Shown piece after piece: positions 13,401-25,523 of a stretch of DNA of 64,000 nt (positions are counted from its first letter, which is position 1; each line of letters opens with the position of its first letter). The position numbers and the translations under genes are program-made. Below the pieces are notes generated by a model. The model saw only the letters and a program-made list of their open reading frames with translations, searched no databases and was not told the DNA's origin. This DNA is from Trichoplax adhaerens (lineage: Eukaryota; Animalia; Placozoa): the NCBI RefSeq assembly GCF_000150275.1, contig NW_002060953.1, positions 1,872,310-1,936,309 of the forward strand, given 5' to 3'.

Positions 13401-16400
13401 CTATCAGCCAAAACCTACACCATAGAGTCAAAATTAGCATAAATTGATTGGCTGTTTAAGTATATTAGCTACGAGCTTGGGCATTTGCATCAACTATTCG
13501 TACCTGACTATTCTGTACATCTGGATTTAAGGTTATATAAGTTTCCTTCAATAACTCAATCGCTTTATTTGCCACATCCTCTTCGCTACATAATACAACC
13601 TAAACAACATAGTTAGTTAGTCAAAGAAGGTGGATTTACAACGAAAGTCGATATCATTTTAAAGAGTAAGAATTAACTATCCTACCCTCCAGATATAATC
13701 TACACCAATGAGCTCTTGGTCATGTTTGTATATCGGCTTTGTTTCATTATTAATTTTAGTACCTCCGTTAACAGCACGAAAAAATAATTCAAAGCACCTA
13801 AAAGCATTCATTTCCAAATAAAATATCTGATTAATAAGTGCAAAAAGTACAATAACTTATATAATATCCATAGATACCTGACGCCGTTTTCTGTAAGAAG
13901 GCTAGGGTCGAACGTCAGAATATTTTTTTCAAAGAACTTCTGACATGTCTCAGGTTGCATTACAGTGGTATCTTCTAAAATCTATAACGGATCGTGTGTT
14001 TAGCTTCCATAATCTTTATTGTCGTAGTCCACTAAGAAATATGTGAAATGAATAAACAAATACTACTACTTACCCTAGAAAACCAAGTAAAACAAGCTTC
14101 TCTATCACTTAAGTGGATTCCTTTTTCAGCCAAGCAAAACCAAATCTATAACAAGCAGACGTTGCTGTTATGAATACTACTCATACATACTGAAAATCAG
14201 AGCATATTAAGTCGCTTACAAGTTCGGCTTCAGGCAATTGTAAAATTAGATGGCCGTCTCTTAAACAATATCTTCAGCAAATAAAAGTATGTAAGGGTTA
14301 CCCCAGAATTAGTATACGACAAATAATTGCACTTATTATAAATAGACTTCTACGATCAACGTAATAGCATCTCTACCTCAAAAATGTAAGTCTTTCGTCA
14401 ACTTGTTGAGAATGGGAATAGTGCGAAGCAGGCATAACGTCTGAGGTGGAATTCTCTCGAAAAGCTGTTAAGGATAAGTTGGAAATGAATATTGATCATC
14501 TATAAATGTAATCCTTAACAAATTCGACTAACCTTGAAAATGTGCTCTGGCCTTATTCATATAAATCGATAAGTTTTCTGCGGTTACAGAAACAATTTTG
14601 TGTTTCTGTTGTAACTGATTTATAACTTCATGGCGATAAAATAAATGCGATAATGGCTGAGAACGAGAATAATCTCGAGGTGCCTAGGTGATCGTAACGA
14701 TAAAATCAAAATTAAAATTCAAAAAACAGTTTAAAATCATTACAGGGGTAATAGTACCTCATAAAATAGCTGACAAATTTCTTGGATGTGCTTGACAGCT
14801 GGAATGACCCAATTACTTTCTTTCAGCTCTTCTACACATTTATCGATCCAATTTGTCTTTTGTACATCGCGATCCTGTTATAAGTTAACTTTAGTATAAT
14901 CTTGTCTAATTATCACAGTCATCTACAAATAAAAGTAATTACCGGTGAGCAATTGTAGTCCAAAATTTTAATATGTGCAGACAAGGCTAAATCCATAATT
15001 TCAATAGGGACGTCCCTGTCGTGAACTAAATTCCACAATAATTCTAAAACCTGTAATTTTTCATGTGATACCATTAGAACTCCAGCACAGTATATTCTAA
15101 AGATCAATAGGTAACAAAGTCAGTTATATTTATTACTAAATTTACTTTTTGGGCCATGAAGCCTTCTTTATCATCTTCTGCAAGACGTCTAATCAATTCA
15201 ATCAATTTCTCTCTTTGTTTATTAGATGCATTGGTCCAACTTTTCTATTTTTGCAATAATATGTAGAAGTGTAAGTACGTTACCAGACTTTAAAAAAAAG
15301 TTGTAATATCAATACATTACTTGAAAACAGTCGAATAAATAATCCAGTTGTTGCGCGGAAAAATCCCAAGCTAGCTTTGCTAGCAAATCATGCACATTTT
15401 TTACAATGGCTTCGTGTTTTCCAGCCTAAAAGTATAGAATGTCATTTTTTATTTCATTTTCGTACAAATGATAATAAAATAAGAAACAAAAATTTTGGCA
15501 AACCTGGGCCGCCCATATTAAATCAAGATCACGAAATGTAACAGCCTTTTCTTTAATCGCAAAACGAAGGATTTTCTCTAATTTTTCAACGTACTAATTA
15601 TACAAAGATGATATCCAAATCAAATGGTTGCACTCTAACATACATGTAATTATATTAATTAAAATGAAGCAGATATTAGCATCAATTTACTTGTGGTTGA
15701 TGTAAATTGTCCCGTAAAACTACATTAAGAACATCATTTTGTTGTATCCATTCCTGAAACATCAAAGCAATTTTAGAAAAGCAAATAAAATTTATAGTAT
15801 TATTAGCGAATCATTCCATAACGCAAGAACCCAGTAAATCCAACTTACAGCGATTCGATCCGCTGTTAGCCAATCATCATCTGGATATGAAGAGCCAGTA
15901 TTACGATGAGTAATGTACGATACGTTCATTATTAATCTGTTCATCTGCAAGAATAGCAATGTAAGGAAAGATCAGATTTATTCTATAATGCCTTGTTCAC
16001 ATAGTACCTTATCTAATTTTCTTACCTCGTTTAAGGCACTCATTTTGCCATTGAAGGAAGACATCTGTAATAACCTAATCGGCAAAGAATAGGTCAATAT
16101 GGTAAGTGACATTAAGAATAACCTGTGATTAGTATTTGAAAGAGTACCTTAATACAATCTTAAGTCTAAACAGTTCAACAGTTCGGATTACTTCTTCTTT
16201 GCCTGGCACCCTAACAGACAGATTCTTCAAAGCCTAGCGAGATATATAATTTATCAGCGTGTTATTTTTTCGCAATCTATCATACAGCTAAAATATTAGG
16301 GTTTAATGAGCGCTACGTTTCAGTGAACGATAGAAGAAAAGAGGCACTATCGACATATCATACCCTAATAATGCTAGATATTGCGTCACTTTTCGATTCA

Positions 16401-17989
16401 CTCTTGGATTCTTTCTTCAACTCGTCATCGCTGAGCTTATCCAATAACTTGGTGATATGATCCTAAAAAAATAAATACAATACGATCAAGCAAAGCTCTA
16501 CTCCCGTCAATTAAAAAGTGAAGCAAACCTCACCACAATAGGCATCATGTAATTCCGAAGGGTAGTTTCCGTTAAGAAATCGGCACAATTTCCGAATGGC
16601 CTGTTATATGTTAATAGCAATAACTAGATCTTTTTCTACGGATTACAGTTCTCTAACAATTTGGTTAATGCTACTTAATAACGTACATACCTATAATCAT
16701 AGCTATCGCTAATTACCTGATCAAGGACGCAATGATTGGCACAGTTAGATTGGGTCCATTCAGCACGCGATCCACTACCGATTCAAAGCCACCCAACATT
16801 CCAAATTTATTAATGACATCAACAAGCCAGCCCTGTGTCAGTAAAGCAATTGGAGTTTAATGCCGTTGAATACATACATTAAAGGGTATAAAAAAATGTT
16901 CATTTTATTAGTTACTTTTGGGAATTTTGAATCAACAGATCTAGCGAATAATTCATCGGCGTTATGGCAGGATGCAACGGTTTCAGACGATTTTGTGCTG
17001 TTATGCTGATGAAATCTGAAAGAACAGCATTAATTTAGATATTGGGTACTTGACAGAAAACGATTACTAGCAATAACAATTGACAGAATTTACCTTGAGC
17101 TCGGATTCATTGCTACAGCTAATAAATCAAGTAACGGCAAAATATCTTGATGAAACGTTACAACGCATAATTCTACCAGTTTCTCAATGTTTTTCACAAT
17201 TGATCTCTAATCAATACAGAATTGAACACTATAATAAAACGCCATATCCAACAAGTTGTGTTACGAGGTCAATATTGCCACAACTTGCCTGAATCTCGAA
17301 TTTCCATCCACTCACGGCATCATCGCATAAAATTTTAGTAAAGGATGAAACTAGGCCATCTTTAATAAATCTCTGACAATATTGATGTGCTTCATCTATG
17401 ATAGTGGATAAGAGAGCGTGTGACGGTAAGTTCAAATGTAAGGCAAATACTGTAGATAATATACACAAATAGAGTTCTCTGCCAAGTAAGGCATTACCTG
17501 TACATTCAAATATATCACTTTGTTGGCCAATTTTAATGGAAGACTCTAATAACACCAGTAATTCACCACCCGGTAAAACTGGAACTACCCAACGTGTTTT
17601 ATTTATCATTTCCTCCAGTTTATTAAGTTCAGCGATTGGAAATGTGATTTCTACCTTTGTCATTTCATCACTATCAACTAAGTTGAAAATTAAACAAAGA
17701 CAATCAAGCTCCACAGATCAATTAATGGTAAGCGCAGTGAGTAATTTATGCAGCTTGACTAACCTGTTTCGGTATTATCTTGTTTTTCACCTGAAGGAGA
17801 TTGGATAGTGCTAATGGTTGTGTTACTGCTGCTCATGGTTGTAGTAGTTGTTGATGTTGTCGTAGTAGTAGTGGATGTATCACTGTTATCTTCCGTTGGG
17901 ACATCACTAGTTGTATTATTCCCAGATGAGTTGGCAGGCTTTGAATTTTTATTATTTTCTGAGCCTGTTACAAGTACTGACACAGTCAT
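4413..17989 (-). CDS. USP9X: Ubiquitin carboxyl-terminal hydrolase FAF/USP9X orthologue (multi-exon, about 65 coding exons counted by eye)
   Basis: N-terminal [28 protein letters not shown] and [30 protein letters not shown]; Cys box [20 protein letters not shown] (~9470-9590); [14 protein letters not shown]; [12 protein letters not shown]...[24 protein letters not shown]; His box [15 protein letters not shown] (~8066-8190); C-terminal [31 protein letters not shown] and LERSNSAR, all characteristic of USP9X/faf. Start ATG at 17989; last exon 4598-4413 ends ...[11 protein letters not shown]. Confidence 0.95.
17207..17288 (-). other. Non-canonical GC-AG intron in USP9X (82 nt)
   Basis: WKFEIQ (CAG)|GCAAGT ... 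tgattag|AGA ([15 protein letters not shown]). Homology with USP9X EIH|RCIINN requires the donor to lie exactly here. Confidence 0.85.
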
Positions 17990-20743
17990 GATGCTTTTAA
18001 TACTGAATAAGCAGTGACTGATTGCTTAATTTACAATCAAACACAACCAGATCCTGATAAAAGGTGGTCATGAAAGATAGTTCAACAAATTCAGTTAATA
18101 ACTTGGTGTAGAATACGTTGGTAATAATTTTCCAAAGATCCCAAATCCACTATGTCAATTCTGCTAAGTCTTTACCTATGATTGAGAACATCACGAGACA
18201 AGTTAATCAAGCCTGTGCAGATATTGAAAAAACAGGTTTGTATCACACTATTTGTAAAGGTTAGCCGCTCAATAGTAATTAACCACCAGGCTATACACCA
18301 GATAGCATAACAATAAGGAATATTGAGCATGGATAAGAAATTAAGAAGGTAATCGATTTAACACAATTGTCCAATTTACAGGCATAGCAAGACATTAGGG
18401 GATAATACACCTGTAACTGCATGTAACCACAACGATTCATAAAATGATAGAACATCTTTCCCGTTAGGGCATGGAAGACAATGGAATGATGAAGAAAGAT
18501 GTACCGAGAAATGTAGCTCTTACTAACTTTTAAGCTAAATTAGTCAGCAACCAAAGTGAATATACCATTAATTGATTGTTAAATAGTATGCATCGTTTCC
18601 ATGATATATACCTACAAACTACCTACGTCAATGTACAATGTTTAAAGGCCAAGATAGCAGCTATATTGCAAGGTCAATAAAAGATTCTCTAATTATGTCC
18701 AAATCATCGCTCGTCCAGGGGTGTTTATTGGCTTAATTTAGCACCTATCGGTTGCTATTTCTCAAACCTTTGTAGATGATAGCAGGGGATGAAAATATTG
18801 TAACCTTGACAACTCTGCAAATCTTCAACATTACTACAACTTGATTGATCACTTGAAACGTAAGAGTTGTAGCACTAAAGTACGCTATTGAAATTTTGTA
18901 GTCTTGTCAGAAGAGTCTTAATTATCATTAGCCTTGGCTAATGATTATTACTCCATGTTGACATCACTATACTTGACTTTCAAAGTGAGAAGTATTACAC
19001 TCTTCACTTTTTCCATCATACTAAACAAAACTAAGAAAAAAAAGAACGTGAGAGAAGCATTCAATCCTCCTGTCAGTCTCTTTCATCTACTCCTCATCAT
19101 GTCAGTAGCCATCTCCCATGATTATTCGTTAATGATGAATTATTCTTGATCGATCTCTTCAACGTGACGTATTGTCCTTCATGAGAAAAACTGTAATCAT
19201 TGCCATTGGGAGAAATTGGCGTCTTGTAACTAAACTTCATCCGCAAAAGGAAGAATTATCCAATTACAATACTACTCTACTTGGTCATCTCATATTACCC
19301 AAGTAAAAATTCATCATGATACTGATTGTCATGATTTGCTTGATTGATTCATTCGTTGCAACGTATTTGTTGTATGCAATACTAAAACACGACGCCTATA
19401 AGGTAGTGGTTTAACTTTTGTAATGTACACGATTGCAATGACTCTAGACTAGATCATAAAGAGTAGAATCATGCTAGGCAAAAAAAGAAATACTTGTCGA
19501 TTATCAAGGATATCAAAGTACTGGTTGGCAAGGCATAAAATAATTCAATCCGATGACGAAAACACTTCTTGAGGCAATGGGCAATTTGTTCGGACTAGAC
19601 GTTACAGTCATGATGGCTTTGGGGTACCAACATACGTACACTGAATGGGATTCTCTCTCGTTACTACAAGTTTACGTCGGTCTAAACTAACCTTTCAAGT
19701 TTGTATTGCTGGGGTTCTACTCCGTTTAAAGTAGTTGGTTGGTAGGAGAATTGCATCACTAAGATCCATTCATTGATCGAAGACTTAGGCCGATGTTGAT
19801 GGAGGAAGAAAACAACACTGCCCCATGATGTTGGGGGTAACCCTGCAAGTACCGTTGTTGACACGGTCGATGCTATCGGTGACTCTATGGAAGCGAAAGA
19901 AAATAAAAGTTGAATTGGAAGTGGTTCTTCTTCATTGGACAGACAGTAATGGATAGAGACTATTGGAGAAAAGAATTGACCCTTTACTATGGCGTCATGA
20001 AGACGAATGAAAAGTGAAATTAGAATAAGGCTTAGGACGAGTTGCGTCAAGATTCACCAACAATGTTGGAATCCCAATGGAAAGCAATGAAAAATGGCTG
20101 CAGACGAGCCAGTCGATGGCCTATACCACCATTGACATGAATTGAAGAAGGTAACATAGTATGGTATTTCAATCACTACGATAATCTTTATCAAGCGTAT
20201 TGGATACTTTATAACCTTGATCCAGTAGCAGTAAGAGGATTATTTGGGGGTAAAAATGGACAATCATTGATGCAAGGTATTGCAAGTTGTTGGGCCATGA
20301 TCAAAAAATGATCAACTCATTTAATGAATCGCTTAGCGATTGATTCCTTTTCGACAGTAGTCGATGACTACGCTCCATTTATCCTATCTTTGGCCTTGCT
20401 GCCATCAACTCCAGGTCGATACCCTGTCTTTCAAGGCAAAAATAATGGCTAAATGCAATGGATAGCATGTCAAAGCAGCCATTGCTTTGGCTGCATCTAG
20501 CGCCTTGAGAGTGTCGAGATCGCCATTCGTATCGATTGCCGTCGTTTTGACTCTCTGTTATCCTGCCTACGTCAGTCAGCGCTGTATGATACATTAACCT
20601 CTTCCTGCAAGGCCATTCTGAGTCCGACTGCAGCGACAAGGTCGGCCCATGGTTTGATACCCACTGTTGGGCAACACTTTCAACGGCAATCTACTCCTTT
20701 TTCAAGGTGCAACTTGAAATCAAGGCATAACGTGAAAACTTAC

Positions 20744-20900
20744 CTTTAAAATAACATCAATTCTCTTCAACAACGTCGACTCAAGCCAAGCAATGGAAAG
20801 GAACTGAATCTCCAGTCGTCATGGAGGTGCTCGTCGCTGACAAGAAATGGAGGAAAAGTAGGACAGCAGTCAGTACAAGCCCAATTCAACACAGCGATTG
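20744..20900 (-). other. Probable non-coding first exon of USP9X (5' boundary uncertain)
   Basis: The ATG-bearing exon starts after an acceptor (ccaccttttatcag|gat) at 18053, so an upstream exon is implied. A strong donor, aaag|gtaagttt, lies at 20744/20743 in a GC-richer segment. Confidence 0.5.
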
Positions 20901-21014
20901 TCCAAGGGGCCGGCAATGGAAACAGCCCATTTGTATGGCTTTAAGCTATGTCTTGCGACATACCCCTATCGGCCAGTCGACTACAGTCCACTCATAACAA
21001 ATGAATTCTACAGT

Positions 21015-21998
21015 CCATATCAGTGCTGCACACTGTAAAATGATAGTACATTGTACTGTGATGGAGGTACTGTAGACTAGGAATGGACTGACCGCTTGCT
21101 TGCCCTACAATGGTACAGTACTAATATCCGTGCTGCACACTGTAAATCGACAGTACATTGTACTGTCGATTTAGGTACTGTAGGTTGACTTGGAATGGAC
21201 TGACCGCTAGCTTGCACTGCTTAAACAGTGATACTGATATCAGTGCTGTACACTGTAAACCGACAGTACATTGTACTGTAATGGAGGTACTGTACTGTAG
21301 GTAGACTAGGAATGGACTGACCGCTTGCTTGCCCTGCTTAAACAGTGGTACAGTACTAATATCCGTGCTGCACACTGTAAATCGACAGTACAGTACAGTA
21401 CATTGTAAATTGACAGTACATTGTACTGTCGATTTAGGTACTGTAGGTTGACTTGGAATGGACTGACCGCTTGCTTGCACTGCTTAAACAGTGATACTGA
21501 TATCGGTGCTGCACACTGTAAACCGATAGTACTGTACATTGTACTGTAACGGAGGTACTGTAGGTAGACTAGGAATGGACTGACCGCTTGCTTGCCCTGC
21601 TTAAACAGTGGTACAGTACTAATATCCGTGCTGCACACTGTAAATCGACAGTACAGTACATTGTAAATCGACAGTACATTGTACTGTCGATTTAGGTACT
21701 GTAGGTTGACTTGGAATGGACTGACCGCTTGCTTGCACTGCTTAAACAGTGATACTGATATCGGTGCTGCATACTGTAGACTGCTGCACACTGTAAACCG
21801 ACAGTACTGTACATTGTACTGTAACGGAGGTACTGTAGGTAGACTAGGAATGGACTGACCGCTTGCTTGCATTGCTTAAACAGTGATACAGTACTGATAT
21901 CAGTGCTGCACACTGTAAATCGACAGTACATTGTACTGTAACAGAGGTACACTAGGAATGGACTGACCGCTTGCTTGCACTGCTTAAACAGTGATACT
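21015..21998. repeat. Tandem array, 8 units of ~108-146 bp with alternating A/B variants (higher-order dimer)
   Basis: Core ggaatggactgaccgctt/agcttgc begins at 21080, 21192, 21309, 21455, 21572, 21713, 21847 and 21955. It is preceded alternately by gtagacta (A) and gttgactt (B). Confidence 0.95.
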
Positions 21999-23902
21999 CT
22001 GACAGAACTATACCTAATTTGAACCCTGGTTACGGTATGGTTTGCGATGGTGTACCGTACTACTGTCCCGTCCGTAGTCTACGGTCGAGTTGAATGGCCA
22101 CAAAGAATCATCAGCCTCGGCACTATTTGACACCGAAGGTACCGTCGTTTTGCCCCGCTCTCTTCCTTTCTTCCTTTTTTTTTGAAGAGCCCCTGTAAAC
22201 AACTGCTGTGGATTTTTCTCCATCGTAATACTGCAATGGTCCACCATCAACTTATTGTGCGCCGTGAGCAGTACTATGTGCATTTTGAGAGGGAGGATGC
22301 AGTTGAAATGACGAGCGGCAACGAGCTAGTCGGCACATCCATCATTGAAGGAGCAAGCGCTGGCAGCCGCCTTTTCCTTCTTTTTTCAATGTTTTATATA
22401 CAGTACTGTACAGTACAAGATATTGCTGCATGGAGTAGTCCCTACACTCCTGTATTAGACCGCATCAGGATACTGAGTAGGAGTAAAATGGACTGGATTA
22501 GACCTGAGAAAGGTTCGGTGCAAACCCTTGATGATCTACAATTCTACATGCGTACAGTACTGTATATCACTGGATCCTTTCAATTTGTTTCTGTTTTGAT
22601 CCATTTTGGGATTTTTTTCTACAACTGTGCTAGCAAAATGGACTGATTGTTTTTCACCGTACTGGTACCGTACTGGTACCACGGACTTCCAACAGTGCTC
22701 TACTGTTTCGTCTGTTCGTACTGCTTACAGTGTACAGTGTACAGTACCAACAGCACTTTTACGTTTTAGTACTGTACTCGACCGAAAGAAGACAAACTCA
22801 AATCCTTCACTCGAACAAAGGTGACGTCAATCTGACTCAATCATCGACGAAGCACGTACTGTACAGTACACTCGTACAGTCCAAGGTGACGTAGTACTGT
22901 CGTATCAACTAGTGCGCAGAAGCACGGATTCGAGGCAGCTGAAATAGCGCTATTGCGCCTTTTTCTCCAAGAAAAAATGGCGTTCCTCGACGATCAATAG
23001 CGCAGTACTAGATTGCTGTAGTCAAAAAAATAAACTAACAGTAAAATTAATCAAGCTGATTTCCCTTTGCAGATTCTTTGCAGTACAGAAATGGACTCAG
23101 TAGCTAAATTTGGTATACATTATGTTCAGTAGTCTACTCAAGGACGAGCAGAACAAGACTCGGTCTCCTCAATAAGCTCAACGTTGAAGGAATGATTATG
23201 TTCTACTTAGTCCATCATCACTCGCCCTCGAGACTGTACTTTTTACCTTCCTTCACTTTCCACTGTCTGTGTAGAATACAATAAACTGAAGACAAAAAGA
23301 AGTCTATTATGAGTCTCCTTCTTGTAGTCCTTAAATGAATTCCATAGCAAAGAACAGAAATATGCATCCATATAAATGCATTCTTCGATTTTAGGCGTTG
23401 TTGTGCATACCACGATGGATGCAGCACTCTGTCTATCATCATAAAGCCATTCAGAATCAGGAACGGACAGCCATAAGCCAAGGCTACTAACAGAACTCGT
23501 CGTCTTCGAGGTCTTCCATTTTAGTAGTCTTTCAGAATGAAGCTCAATGTCGGAATTATAGGATCATCGTCTTCTAGCGATCCATAAATAGAGTATGGCC
23601 AAAATAGCCGACACTCCAATACTCTACTGTACAATACTTACGATCAGGATGGCCGCCTAGTTTGACTGCGATGTACATGGATTGATTATTTCTTCGCCAC
23701 AGAGCTCAGCCTACAGTTTGTACAGACTTTCCAGCATAGCATGTATTTGGTATGCTTCAGTCCAAAATAGATCATGACCAAGGTTGTAGGTCTCCACAGA
23801 CTCCACTGCTTCCCCAATGTACGTGAATATTACCTTAGCCTCTGCAAAATTTCCACGACCGGATACATCATTGAGGCGAATAAAGCAGAGATGACTAAGA
23901 AA

Positions 23903-24767
23903 AATAGGATAAAGACCCACTCCTTAAACGAGAGCACTTTTATAAAAATAGGCTGGTAGCCTGCTCCAAGTCTCTCCCTATCGCAGAGTCAAATTTTCGT
24001 ACGCCAAAATGGAGTTGGCTTTTCAATAACGACAAAAACCCGCTCATAGAACGAACATTTTTATAAAAAAAAATAGGCTGGTAGCCTGCTCGAGGTCTCT
24101 CCCTATCGCAGAGTCAAATTTTCGTACGCCAAAATGGAGTTGGCTTTTCAATAACGACAAAAACCCGCTCGTAGAACGAACATTTTTATAAAAAAAAATA
24201 GGCTGGTAGCCTGCTCGAGGTCTCTCCCTATCGCAGGGTAAAATTTTCGCATGCCAAAATGGAGTTGGCTTTTCAATAAGGACAAAGACCTGCTCGTAGA
24301 ACGAGTACTGTTTATAAAAATAGGCTGGTAGCCTGCTCCAAGTCTCTCCCTATCGCAGGGTCAAATTTTCGTATGCCAAAATGGAGTTGGCTTTTCAATA
24401 ACGACAAAAACCCGCTCGTAGAACGAACATTTTTATAAAAAAAAATAGGCTGGTAGCCTGCTCCAAGTCTCTCCCTATCGCAGGGTCAAATTTTCGCATG
24501 CCAAAATGGAGATGGCTTTTCAATAAGGACAAAGATCTGCTCGTAGAACGAGTACTTTTCATAAAAATAGGCTGGTAGCCTGCTCCAAGTCTCTCCCTAT
24601 CGTAGGGTAAAATTTTCGCATGCCAAAATGGAGTGGGCTTTTCAATAAGGACAAAGACCTGCTCGTAGAACGAGTACTTTTAGAAAAATAGGCTGGTAGC
24701 CTGCTCGAAGTCTCTCCCTATCGTAGGGTAAATTTTCGAATGCCAAAATGGAGTTGGCTTTTCAATA
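23903..24767. repeat. Tandem array, 7 units of 121-125 bp
   Basis: ataggctggtagcctgctc starts at 23948, 24073, 24198, 24320, 24445, 24567 and 24688; units are highly similar. Confidence 0.97.
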
Positions 24768-25523
24768 CCATCAGCCCGTTTGCATAAACAACACCTAAAT
24801 GAATGGCTGCTATTGCGTAAGAAGGTTGGCAGTTGGGCATATCTGAAAATACTTCATTGCCATCGATAGTTGAATAGTAATGTAAATAAAAAATTCAGCC
24901 ACGGCTTCGTCTACTCTATGTGTAGATGGGCAAGATCTCGACTCACGTCAATAATAAATAGATACCAGTAATTAATCCATTTTTATGGTCGAGGAAAGCA
25001 AGGAAGGGAAACATGAAGTAAAAATTCGCACGATATAGAAAATTGGGCATAGACCGTACTGGACAGTGTACAATATTGAGCTGGAAATTGAAAATGGATT
25101 GTTTTACATTAACAGGGTTGATGAGCTTCATTGAACCGAAATACGGTCATGACTACACCTGGAAATATCGCGTTTTATCCAACTTGAATTTATTTTGAGC
25201 CTATCGAATGAAAGGCTATTAATATCCTCGACTACGCCGAAAACAATCATACCTAGTCATCATGTATTGTGTTATAAAATCTTGCCAAGCAATTACATCT
25301 GTAAATACGAGCGAGTATCTAAAAAGAAAAGAGTTTATGGATAACGGATTACGACAATCAAACATTAAAGTGATTTTATAATCAAGTGATTCCTAGCTTG
25401 CAGAATGTGTCCCTTAGTCACAGACTAACAGCATTGAGTTACAAAAGTAAGATTACGATTTAGTCGCAGAAAGGATCCTATAAAACGCCAGGCGCAAATT
25501 TTAATCTTAGAAAATTATAGGAA

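Noticed and set aside
14466-14520. TCCTTAAC next to a USP9X acceptor (U12 branch-like), part of a 10-bp inverted repeat within the intron
   Set aside because: The donor is ordinary GTTAGT, not RTATCCTT, so it is not a U12 intron. A 10-bp AT-rich inverted repeat is expected by chance in 64 kb.
17536-18017. Plus-strand ORFs including a poly-Val 69-aa ORF
   Set aside because: Antisense shadows of USP9X exons; the poly-Val is the complement of the poly-Thr tract.
21121-21952. Three overlapping minus-strand ORFs (119, 188 and 86 aa)
   Set aside because: They are translations of the tandem array, and the same peptides recur in different frames; no evidence of real coding.
21015-24767. CRISPR-like appearance of the two arrays (constant core plus variable part)
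   Set aside because: The inter-core segments are themselves homologous rather than unique spacers, there are no cas genes, and the context is eukaryotic.
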